Origin: Gammaproteobacteria bacterium
GTDB taxonomy: Bacteria > Pseudomonadota > Gammaproteobacteria > SZUA-229
Length of the DNA stretch: 41,150 bases
Assembly: GCA_011321985.1 (NCBI GenBank)
Contig: DROB01000039.1
Span: 1 to 41,150 of the forward strand
Direction of reading: 5' to 3'
Below the pieces are notes generated by a model. The model ran no database searches, had not been told where the DNA came from, and saw only the letters and a list, made by a program, of their open reading frames with translations. The position numbers and the translations under genes are program-made. Shown in pieces: positions 30,733-40,940 of this stretch (positions are counted from its first letter, which is position 1; every line of letters starts with the position of its first letter).

Positions 30733-31920
30733 TTATTTACTTGCCTTCGCTGCTTCTTCCAGCATAGCGACTGCAGGCAAGGTCTTGCCTTCCAGGTATT
30801 CCAGGAAAGCTCCGCCCGCCGTCGAGATATAGGAGACTTTATCGTAGATATCGTATTTCTGGATCGCAGCGATAGTATCACCACCGCCAGCGAGACTGAA
30901 ACCCGGCGAGTTAGCGATCGCCATCGAAACAGCCTTCGTACCTTCACCGAACTGATCGAATTCAAATACACCGACCGGGCCGTTCCAGATGATAGTGCCT
31001 GCTTTCTCGATAATATCAGCCAGCACTTTTGCAGAATCAGGACCGATATCAAAGATCATATCATCATCCAGAACGTCACCTGCATCTTTCAATGTTGCCT
31101 CTGCATCTTCAGCAAATTCTTTCGCACAGACCACATCTGTCGCTATCGGAATACTTGCTCCTCGTGCATTCATCTTCTCGACCAGTGCTTTGGCGGTATC
31201 GACAAGATCATCTTCACATAAAGATTTACCGACATTGTTCCCCATCGCTTTCAGGAAAGTGTTGGCGATACCACCACCGACGACCAGCTGATCCACTTTT
31301 TCAGAAAGCGCTTCCAGCACCGTTAATTTAGTCGAAACTTTTGAACCACCCACGATCGCCACCATCGGACGAGCAGGATCAGCCAGCGCTTTACCGAGGC
31401 TATCCAGCTCACCTGAGAGCAATATGCCGGCACAGGCAGTCGGTGCAAATTTACCGACACCGTGTGTCGAAGCCTGTGCGCGATGCGCGGTACCGAATGC
31501 ATCCATCACGAATATGTCACACAATGATGCATACACTTTAGATAAGGTTTCGTCGTCTTTTTTCTCACCCGCATTGAAACGTACATTTTCCAGCAACACA
31601 CATTCACCCGCCGCGACGGTCGGTGCATTATCCAGATAATCTTTGACCAGACGAACATCCGCACCCAGCTTTTCTGACATGACCGTTGCGATAGGAGCCA
31701 TCGAGTTCTCATCATCGACCTTGCCTTCCTCGGGACGACCACGATGCGACATGACCATAACAGAGGCACCTGCCTTCATGCAGTGCTCGACCGTCGGCAT
31801 CGAAGCGGTGATACGCGCATCAGATGTCACTTTGCCATCTTTTACAGGCACGTTAAGGTCTGCACGGATTAAAACCCGCTTACCGGCTAAATCTAGATCT
31901 GTCAGCTTGATAAATGCCAT
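30733..31920 (-). CDS. pgk: phosphoglycerate kinase
   Basis: [25 protein letters not shown]-like ([12 protein letters not shown]) and STGGGA-like motifs. GGAG lies upstream of the ATG. Confidence 0.95.
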   Translation of the reverse strand: MAFIKLTDLDLAGKRVLIRADLNVPVKDGKVTSDARITASMPTVEHCMKAGASVMVMSHRGRPEEGKVDDENSMAPIATVMSEKLGADVRLVKDYLDNAPTVAAGECVLLENVRFNAGEKKDDETLSKVYASLCDIFVMDAFGTAHRAQASTHGVGKFAPTACAGILLSGELDSLGKALADPARPMVAIVGGSKVSTKLTVLEALSEKVDQLVVGGGIANTFLKAMGNNVGKSLCEDDLVDTAKALVEKMNARGASIPIATDVVCAKEFAEDAEATLKDAGDVLDDDMIFDIGPDSAKVLADIIEKAGTIIWNGPVGVFEFDQFGEGTKAVSMAIANSPGFSLAGGGDTIAAIQKYDIYDKVSYISTAGGAFLEYLEGKTLPAVAMLEEAAKASK

Positions 31921-32037
31921 GACTAAAACTCCAAAATACTTTATTGCTTAAAATTAAAAATATGAAAATACTGTTTGTTAAATAAACATGATACTTTTAA
32001 ATGTAAATGCTTAACAAAAAATACTTTTTAAAGACAC

Positions 32038-32064
32038 CAGCCCGGTTTAAAACAAACCGGGCTG
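32038..32064 (-). terminator. 11-bp GC-rich hairpin between gap and pgk (possible attenuator or partial terminator)
   Basis: cagcccggttt-aaaac-aaaccgggctg. On the transcribed strand the T-rich tract is not immediately adjacent, so terminator function is uncertain. Confidence 0.35.
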
Positions 32065-32089
32065 ATCATCATCTAAAGCCTGCATTCCT

Positions 32090-32411
32090 CTGCAGGCAAT
32101 CGCGGAATAAATTCCGCTCCTACAAGCGCTTGTCGCAACAAACAACCGCAGCCGATCTTTGCAAAACACAAATTATAAATAACCTGCACTCAGCCCTTGC
32201 AAAACACAAATTAAAAATAATCTGTACGCGACCTTTGCAAAACACAAATTAAAAATAATCTGTACGCAACCTTTGCAAAACACAAATTACCTGCACACGG
32301 CCTTTGCAAAACATAAATCGCCTGCACGTAATCCTTGCAAAACACAAATAACCTACGCGTGATCCTTGCAAAACACAAACAACCTGTAGGAGCGCTTTGT
32401 AAAGCGCGAAC
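32090..32411. repeat. tandem array of about 9 REP-derived units bounded by intact REP arms
   Basis: The core cc(t)ttgcaaaacacaaa starts at 32158, 32197, 32235, 32273, 32304, 32335 and 32366, giving periods of about 38, 38, 38, 31, 31 and 31 bp. Two adjacent 38-bp units differ at a single base. The array is flanked by ctgcaggcaatcgcggaataaattccgctcctacaag on the left and acctgtaggagcgctttgtaaagcgcgaac on the right. Confidence 0.9.
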
Positions 32412-32459
32412 ATCCCGCAGCCACGCACAGCGTGTCAGCGGGACGAGTACAACACTCGC

Positions 32460-33506
<1,047 letters not shown>

Positions 33507-33513
33507 CTATCCA

Positions 33514-33587
33514 CAGATGGACGCGAATGAACGCAAATATAAAACCTCAAGAAATCTTTTATTTGCGTTATCTGCGTTCATCTGCAG
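33514..33587. repeat. imperfect inverted repeat in the tkt-gap spacer
   Basis: cagatggacgcgaatgaacgcaaata ... tatttgcgttatctgcgttcatctg. Each arm is itself a doubled short word. Confidence 0.7.
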
Positions 33588-33600
33588 ACTAAAAATGTTT

Positions 33601-35604
33601 TTAAGCTACGCTATCGATCGTTTTAACAACGTTATCGATGGTGAAACCAAAGTGTTCGAATAACTGAGGTGCTGGTGCAGACTCACCAAACGATGTCATG
33701 CCGATGACCGCACCGTCTGTGCCGACGTACTTCCACCAGCCATCCATGATCGCTGCTTCTACCGCAACACGAGCCGTTACTGCTTTTGGCAGTACAGATT
33801 CTTTGTATGCATCATCCTGCGCTTCGAAGATTTCCACACATGGCATAGAGACGACACGAACGTTTTTGCCCGAGGCATCTGCCGCTTTCATCGCAAGATC
33901 AACTTCTGAGCCAGTAGCGATAACGATAACATCAGGTGTACCGTCGGTATCTTTCAGGATGTAACCGCCCTTCGCGATATTGGCGATAGTCGCATCATCA
34001 CGTTTCTGGAATGCCAGGTTCTGACGAGAGAAGATCAGGGTCGAAGGTGCATCTTTTGATTCGATAGCCGCTTTCCATGATACCGCTGTTTCGACGGTGT
34101 CACAGGGACGCCATACCGACATATTCGGAATCATACGTAAGGTAGGAATCTGCTCGATCGCCTGGTGTGTCGGACCATCTTCACCCAGACCGATAGAGTC
34201 ATGTGTGTAGACGAAGATACTGCGGATCTTCATCAGTGCCGACATACGCAGCGCATTGCGCGCGTACTCAGAGAACATCAGGAAAGTTGCGCCATAAGGC
34301 ATCAATCCACCGTGCAGGGTTACACCGTTCATGATTGCACTCATACCAAATTCACGTACACCGTAAGAGATGTAGTTACCAGAGAAGTCCATATCTGCTG
34401 AACCATTATTATCATTGATACGCACACTCTTCGCATTGAAGGTATTATTCGAAGGCGTTAAGTCAGCAGAACCACCGAGGAACTCAGGCAGCAATGGCGC
34501 ATAACCATCTAGCGCACCTTTAGAAGCGACACGTGTTGCAGGTGATTCTTCTTTAGCATTCACTTCGGCGATAAACTTATCGGCATTGGCCGAGAAATCA
34601 GCAGGCAGCTCACCGGCCATACGGCGGGTAAATTCAGCCGCTTCAGCAGGGTATGCCGCAGCATAGGCAGCAAACTTCTCATCCCATGCCGATTCAGCTG
34701 TTGCACCGGCTGCTTTTGCATCCCAGCCTGCATAGATGTCATCCGGAATAACAAATGGCTCGTAATTCCAGCCCAGATTTTCACGAGTAGCTGCGATCTC
34801 TTCTTCGCCCAACGCTTCACCATGTACATGATGACCACCACCCTTGTTAGGCGCACCTTTACCGATAACGGTTTTGCAACAGATCAGAGAAGGTTTATCG
34901 GTAGCGGCAATCGCTTCTTCGGTCGCTCTCTTAACAGCGTCAGCATCATGACCGTCAACGTCAGCAACAACATGCCAGCCATAAGCTTCAAAACGCTTCG
35001 GTGTGTCATCAGCAAACCAGCCATCGACGTTACCGTCGATAGAGATATTGTTGTCATCGTAGAAACAGATCAGCTTGCCCAGACCAAAAGAGCCCGCCAG
35101 TGAACAGGCCTCATGCGAGATACCTTCCATCAGACAGCCATCACCTAAAAATACGTAGGTATTATGATCAACGATAGTATGGCCATCTTTATTAAACTGC
35201 GCAGCCATCACTTTTTCAGCCAGTGCCATGCCCACAGCATTGGTAACACCCTGGCCTAGAGGACCCGTCGTTGTTTCGATACCGGGAGTATATCCATACT
35301 CTGGATGGCCCGGTGTTTTAGAATGCAACTGACGGAATTTTTTCAGATCATCGATAGACAGATCATAGCCTGTCAGGTGTAACACCGAATAAGGCATCAT
35401 CGAAGCATGGCCGTTAGACATGACGAAACGGTCACGGTCGGCCCATTTTGGATTACCCGGATTATGTTTCATGAAGTCGTTGTAAAGGACTTCAGCGATA
35501 TCCGCCATGCCCATCGGTGCGCCAGGATGACCTGAATTCGGGATTTGAACCGCATCCATCGTCAGGGCGCGAATTGCATTTGCTAGCTCATTACGTGAGG
35601 CCAT
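33601..35604 (-). CDS. tkt: transketolase
   Basis: [21 protein letters not shown] and [15 protein letters not shown] motifs. GGAGAG lies 5 nt upstream of ATG 35604; the track start at 35616 is a TTG. Confidence 0.96.
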   Translation of the reverse strand: MASRNELANAIRALTMDAVQIPNSGHPGAPMGMADIAEVLYNDFMKHNPGNPKWADRDRFVMSNGHASMMPYSVLHLTGYDLSIDDLKKFRQLHSKTPGHPEYGYTPGIETTTGPLGQGVTNAVGMALAEKVMAAQFNKDGHTIVDHNTYVFLGDGCLMEGISHEACSLAGSFGLGKLICFYDDNNISIDGNVDGWFADDTPKRFEAYGWHVVADVDGHDADAVKRATEEAIAATDKPSLICCKTVIGKGAPNKGGGHHVHGEALGEEEIAATRENLGWNYEPFVIPDDIYAGWDAKAAGATAESAWDEKFAAYAAAYPAEAAEFTRRMAGELPADFSANADKFIAEVNAKEESPATRVASKGALDGYAPLLPEFLGGSADLTPSNNTFNAKSVRINDNNGSADMDFSGNYISYGVREFGMSAIMNGVTLHGGLMPYGATFLMFSEYARNALRMSALMKIRSIFVYTHDSIGLGEDGPTHQAIEQIPTLRMIPNMSVWRPCDTVETAVSWKAAIESKDAPSTLIFSRQNLAFQKRDDATIANIAKGGYILKDTDGTPDVIVIATGSEVDLAMKAADASGKNVRVVSMPCVEIFEAQDDAYKESVLPKAVTARVAVEAAIMDGWWKYVGTDGAVIGMTSFGESAPAPQLFEHFGFTIDNVVKTIDSVA

Positions 35605-36104
35605 TGTGCTCTCCAATTAAGTTTTATAACCGATACAGCCACCACAGCAGAAATGACAAAACACCTGCGAAGTGACAAAAATTCTATTGAAATCAATGCC
35701 TGAGGAACAAAAGGAACATATAGGGCGTAGCACCAGAGGCCATCGAAAGGCGCGTATTTTCCCTTAATTCAGCACAATGAGCAAGCAACACCATCGATCC
35801 CTGTGCTCTGCATCAACTTATTTATGGAACCAACCTGCTAAAGAGACCGAACCGCGCATCCTAAGAGGACACTCCTGCACACAGCAAAGATTAAATTTTT
35901 CAACAGCTTAGATCGATACCCACAGACGGGAACCTATTGTTCAGGCTCAACGTGATAAAGAGAGAAGGCACATAAAAAATTTCATATGAAAAAAATTTTT
36001 GACGATGGTAAATAATTGTCTAAAACACGCAAATCAGTAGAGAAAACACCAGCAGCGACTACTATTGCTATCAGGACTCAATCAATACAACCCAGACCCG
36101 TATC

Positions 36105-36950
36105 ATGCTTACAAGGACAACCACATCACTTTTCGCTGCCGCTCTATTCTTTTCACTTTTTTCATTTTCAACCACCAGTATTGCCGCCGAATATACACTG
36201 GCGATACAGCCGATACTCCCCCAGAAGGAACTTCGTGAAAATTTTCAACCACTGGCAGATTACCTGTCTAAAATGACCGGCGACACCATCACCATCACTA
36301 CCCAGCGCAACTTCCTCTTCTACTGGACCAAGATGCGCAAAAGAAAACATGGCTTCGACCTGGTATTAGATGCCGCGCACTTTACTGACTATCGCGTAAA
36401 AACACAGGGTTATACGGTATTAGCCAAACTTCCGGACACCGTCAGCTTCTCCATCGTGACCGGCGAGGACAACCTTCTTTTTGATGTAGAAGAACTGATC
36501 GGACAGCGCGTTGCGACCATGCCCTCACCCAGCCTGGGTTCACTGCGCCTGGAAGAGCTGTTCTCTAATCCGATGCGTATCCCGCATTATGTATGGGAGA
36601 CCAATACCACTATCGCCATGGAAAATCTGATCGCAGGCAAGATCGATGCCGCCATTATCCCGACCCGGATCGCATCAAAATACAATAACATAAATGTACT
36701 GCTGACAACCGAACCCGTACCCCATATGGCCCTGTCAGCCTCGCCTGATGTACCGGCAGAGACCGCAGAAAAAATACGCACAGCCATCATCAATGCACAC
36801 CTGCACCCCGACGGTAAAGCGATGCTGCAACGCCTGAAAGTGAACCAGTTCGAGCCCGCCAACAACCAGACTTATGATGGTTACGCCCTCTTACTGAAAG
36901 AAGTATTCGGTTATGACGGCCCCATCGCCCAGGCCAAATCAGACCCGTAG
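36105..36950 (+). CDS. PhnD-family periplasmic substrate-binding protein (phosphate/phosphonate-type SBP fold), orphan
   Basis: Signal peptide ending SIAAE, then YTLAIQPILPQKELRENFQPLADYLSK, typical of PhnD-like binding proteins. No ABC partner genes are adjacent. Confidence 0.65.
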   Translation: MLTRTTTSLFAAALFFSLFSFSTTSIAAEYTLAIQPILPQKELRENFQPLADYLSKMTGDTITITTQRNFLFYWTKMRKRKHGFDLVLDAAHFTDYRVKTQGYTVLAKLPDTVSFSIVTGEDNLLFDVEELIGQRVATMPSPSLGSLRLEELFSNPMRIPHYVWETNTTIAMENLIAGKIDAAIIPTRIASKYNNINVLLTTEPVPHMALSASPDVPAETAEKIRTAIINAHLHPDGKAMLQRLKVNQFEPANNQTYDGYALLLKEVFGYDGPIAQAKSDP

Positions 36951-36964
36951 TTTTTGAGCCGAGT

Positions 36965-37522
36965 TTATGACTCTTTCCATTTGATCGAACAACCCATGCC
37001 GGGGATCTGCCGTTTCGGCCCATGGCCGGTCTGCGCGACCTGCTTCATGGCATCGAACAGATCACGTTTAACATCTGCGGGCGCCGTCTCTTTGCGGCTC
37101 TCATCCAGTCGCCCTCGGTACTGCAGTCGCAGATTGGCGTTATAACCAAAAAAATCCGGCGTACAGACCGCACCGTAAGCCCTGGCGACCTGTTGTGACT
37201 CATCCAGCAGATACGGAAAAGGAAAACCGTACTCGGCAGCAACTTTCTGCATATTCTGAAACGAATCCTCCTCATACTCGGCCGGATCATTTGACATGAT
37301 AGCAACAGTATTAACCCCGTACTCCCTCAACTCACGGGTATCACGCACGATGCGCTCACGGATCGATTTCACGTAAGGACAATGATTGCAGATAAACATG
37401 ACCAGCAGACCTTTATCGCCACGTGCAGCATCAGGTGTCCACACCTTCCCGTCTACACCGGGTAAGGAAAAATCGACAACAGGTGCATCAAACGCACAAA
37501 CAGGGGTTTCCAGTGATACCAT
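36965..37522 (-). CDS. thioredoxin-fold protein (AhpC/TSA-like thiol-disulfide oxidoreductase)
   Basis: LLVMFICNHCPYV redox motif (CxxC) in a thioredoxin-fold context. 185 aa. Confidence 0.75.
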   Translation of the reverse strand: MVSLETPVCAFDAPVVDFSLPGVDGKVWTPDAARGDKGLLVMFICNHCPYVKSIRERIVRDTRELREYGVNTVAIMSNDPAEYEEDSFQNMQKVAAEYGFPFPYLLDESQQVARAYGAVCTPDFFGYNANLRLQYRGRLDESRKETAPADVKRDLFDAMKQVAQTGHGPKRQIPGMGCSIKWKES

Positions 37523-37770
37523 TTTTTCTCTCTCTAAAACTGAAGGGCACCGCAGTCAGATCCCCTGCAGGCGCAGTTTATAACACGCAGAAAAGCAGTG
37601 GTGGCAGCCGGTAAAGAACGATCAAACCTCGATTTCCACGTCGAAAATAGCCGATATGAAACACAAAATCGGCTCATCCATCTCCCCCGACCGACAACAA
37701 CCCGCAAAAACATCTCAAAGGCGGGAGAAAATCATGCCAACTCCGGCACGCCTAACGCTGGCATTAGCAC

Positions 37771-37808
37771 TTGAAAATGTGGAATTAGCCGCCATAGACT
37801 GGTAAAAT
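37771..37808 (+). promoter_or_regulatory. candidate sigma70 promoter(s) upstream of rpoD
   Basis: TTGAAA (37771-37776), 18 nt, TAGACT (37795-37800). This overlaps an extended -10 TGgTAAAAT (37800-37808). Pattern match only. Confidence 0.3.
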
Positions 37809-37903
37809 GGTGGATTCCGCTTGAGATTAATATTCCTGGCGCTTATGGCAGGAATATTGGCCTCGACAAACCGGAACACAGATATTTTGGGTAAGTAAAT
37901 TTT

Positions 37904-39769
<1,866 letters not shown>

Positions 39770-39802
39770 AAATCTGCTGACAGCATAACCAAAGCTATAT
39801 AG

Positions 39803-39837
39803 AATACGCACTCTGTTACAGAGTGCGTATTTTTTTT
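39803..39837 (+). terminator. rho-independent terminator of rpoD
   Basis: aatacgcactctg-ttac-agagtgcgtatt followed by tttttt. Confidence 0.88.
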
Positions 39838-39844
39838 CACTTCA

Positions 39845-39925
39845 CCATAAAAGTTAAAGGACTGTAGCGGGGTGCGGTAGCACAGGGTTTGAGCATTTGA
39901 GGCGATAGCCGAACGACCTCGCAGC
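39845..39925 (+). repeat. upstream copy of the tRNA-associated repeat (left part of duplicated unit)
   Basis: ccataaaagttaaaggactgtagcggggtgcggtagcacagggtttgagcat. 28 nt (39862-39889) are identical to 40850-40877, and the flanks are similar. Confidence 0.8.
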
Positions 39926-39959
39926 AAGTACAACACAATTTAGATTACCCTTAAATAAA

Positions 39960-40036
39960 GGGCCTGTAGCTCAGTTGGTTAGAGCATCCGACTCATAATC
40001 GGCAGGTCGAAGGTTCGAGTCCTTCCAGGCCCACCA
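39960..40036 (+). tRNA. tRNA with CAU anticodon (Met by anticodon; the acceptor stem suggests lysidine-type tRNA-Ile2)
   Basis: 77-nt cloverleaf folded by hand: acceptor GGGCCTG/CAGGCCC, D arm GCTC-AGTTGGTTA-GAGC, anticodon arm TCCGA-CTCATAA-TCGGC, T arm GAAGG-TTCGAGT-CCTTC, encoded CCA. C4-G69 and C5-G68 are present. Confidence 0.9.
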
Positions 40037-40037
40037 T

Positions 40038-40373
40038 TTATTCGTTATTTTTTAACATCTTTTGAATACACTTTTCCAGTTCTGGCAAGTACTTTTCTAT
40101 AACCAGTGCGATTGTTAGCGGATCAATATCGCCAAGATAGTTATGGACAAGTATGTTACGAAAGCCACTGATTTCTCGCCAGGGTATATCCGGGAAGTTC
40201 TGCTTTAGTGAATCAGGAAGTAGCTGCGTCGCCTCAGAAAGTGTTTGCAAGTTCCGCAACACAGCATCATAGAGAATATTGTCTTCAACCAGGTCACCTC
40301 TATCCTGGATACGATGTATTTTAGAAATGGCATCAAGAATATGCTGAGCATAAGGCTGCCACGGTTTACTCAC
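40038..40373 (-). CDS. hepT: HepT-like (DUF86) RNase toxin, type VII TA system
   Basis: RNILVHNY matches the RX4HXY catalytic motif. 111 aa. Overlaps the upstream MNT gene by 4 nt. The stop codon lies 1 nt from the tRNA 3' end. Confidence 0.88.
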   Translation of the reverse strand: MSKPWQPYAQHILDAISKIHRIQDRGDLVEDNILYDAVLRNLQTLSEATQLLPDSLKQNFPDIPWREISGFRNILVHNYLGDIDPLTIALVIEKYLPELEKCIQKMLKNNE

Positions 40374-40660
40374 AAGTCAACCGCCTCATTTATAATGTGC
40401 TCACGCATATACTCATTCAGTTCATGCTCAGGGATAACTTCAACTTCTCGATTCAGCAGTTCTTTTAATCGAAATGATAGCGCCAAACGCTGGCTGAATA
40501 AATCGTACCCTCGAGGCAAATCAACAAGAAAATCAACATCACTATTCGAATCCTCTTCCCGTCGCGATACTGAGCCAAACACACGAATACGCCGCCCTCC
40601 ACATTGACTCACAAGAGCGTTAATCTCATCTTTATTCTTTTGAATATCATCGAGTAACAT
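40370..40660 (-). CDS. mntA: MNT-family nucleotidyltransferase antitoxin
   Basis: GSVSRREEDSNSDVDFLV matches the GSxxRGx(n)SDxDxLV minimal nucleotidyltransferase motif. 96 aa. Confidence 0.88.
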   Translation of the reverse strand: MLLDDIQKNKDEINALVSQCGGRRIRVFGSVSRREEDSNSDVDFLVDLPRGYDLFSQRLALSFRLKELLNREVEVIPEHELNEYMREHIINEAVDL

Positions 40661-40668
40661 ATGAACCC

Positions 40669-40698
40669 ATTATAGCTGTAAATTTAAATTGTTGATAA
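40669..40698 (-). promoter_or_regulatory. candidate promoter of the MNT-HepT operon
   Basis: The minus strand reads TTATCA, 18 nt, TATAAT, with the -10 ending 8 nt before the ATG and no Shine-Dalgarno. This would imply a near-leaderless transcript. Pattern match only. Confidence 0.3.
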
Positions 40699-40718
40699 TT
40701 GCCACTTTAGATAAATGC

Positions 40719-40827
40719 AATTATGGACACCCAAATATTGTCTCACATAAATTCACTCATTAATTATACTTAATCCAATTAATTAGCTAGCCGCCCAAGA
40801 TAGATTAGTTAGTGGGTGTCCATAATT
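40719..40827. repeat. 15-bp perfect inverted repeat pair enclosing 79 bp of AT-rich DNA
   Basis: aattatggacaccca (40719-40733) and tgggtgtccataatt (40813-40827). Confidence 0.85.
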
Positions 40828-40846
40828 ACTTATCCATAAGTTAATT

Positions 40847-40933
40847 GGCCTGTAGCGGGGTGCGGTAGCACAGGGTTAGAGCATCCGACTCATAATCGGC
40901 AGGTCGAAGGTTCGAGTCCTTCCAGGCCCACCA
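40847..40933 (+). pseudogene. rearranged tRNA(CAU)-like copy (D arm replaced, position 1 mismatched)
   Basis: tGGCCTGTAGC + GGGGTGCGGTAGCACAGGG + TTAGAGCATCCGACTCATAATCGG...CAGGCCCACCA. The 3' 58 nt plus the 7 nt following them are identical to the intact tRNA locus. The D stem cannot form. Confidence 0.8.
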
Positions 40934-40940
40934 TTTATTC

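Noticed and set aside
32007-32252. 81-aa plus-strand ORF in the gap-pgk spacer.
   Set aside because: It consists of translated hairpin, REP and tandem-repeat sequence (repeating CKTQI/LQNTN strings).
32156-32400. The regularly spaced ~17-nt repeats could be mistaken for a CRISPR array.
   Set aside because: The period is only 31-38 bp, so the 'spacers' would be 12-20 nt, and they resemble each other (two are near-identical). The repeat is a decayed REP core and the array ends in REP arms. No cas genes or leader are present.
35617-36104. 488-bp non-coding gap upstream of tkt, with an AT palindrome (aaaaaatttcatatgaaaaaaattttt) and a TTGACG-16-TAAAAC match.
   Set aside because: It is plausibly just the divergent promoter region. 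I could not recognise any known RNA motif or regulator site, and the palindrome is low-complexity A/T.
36016-36276. 86-aa ORF overlapping the start of the PhnD-like gene.
   Set aside because: It is in a different frame from the 281-aa signal-peptide-bearing protein, which has the better domain support.
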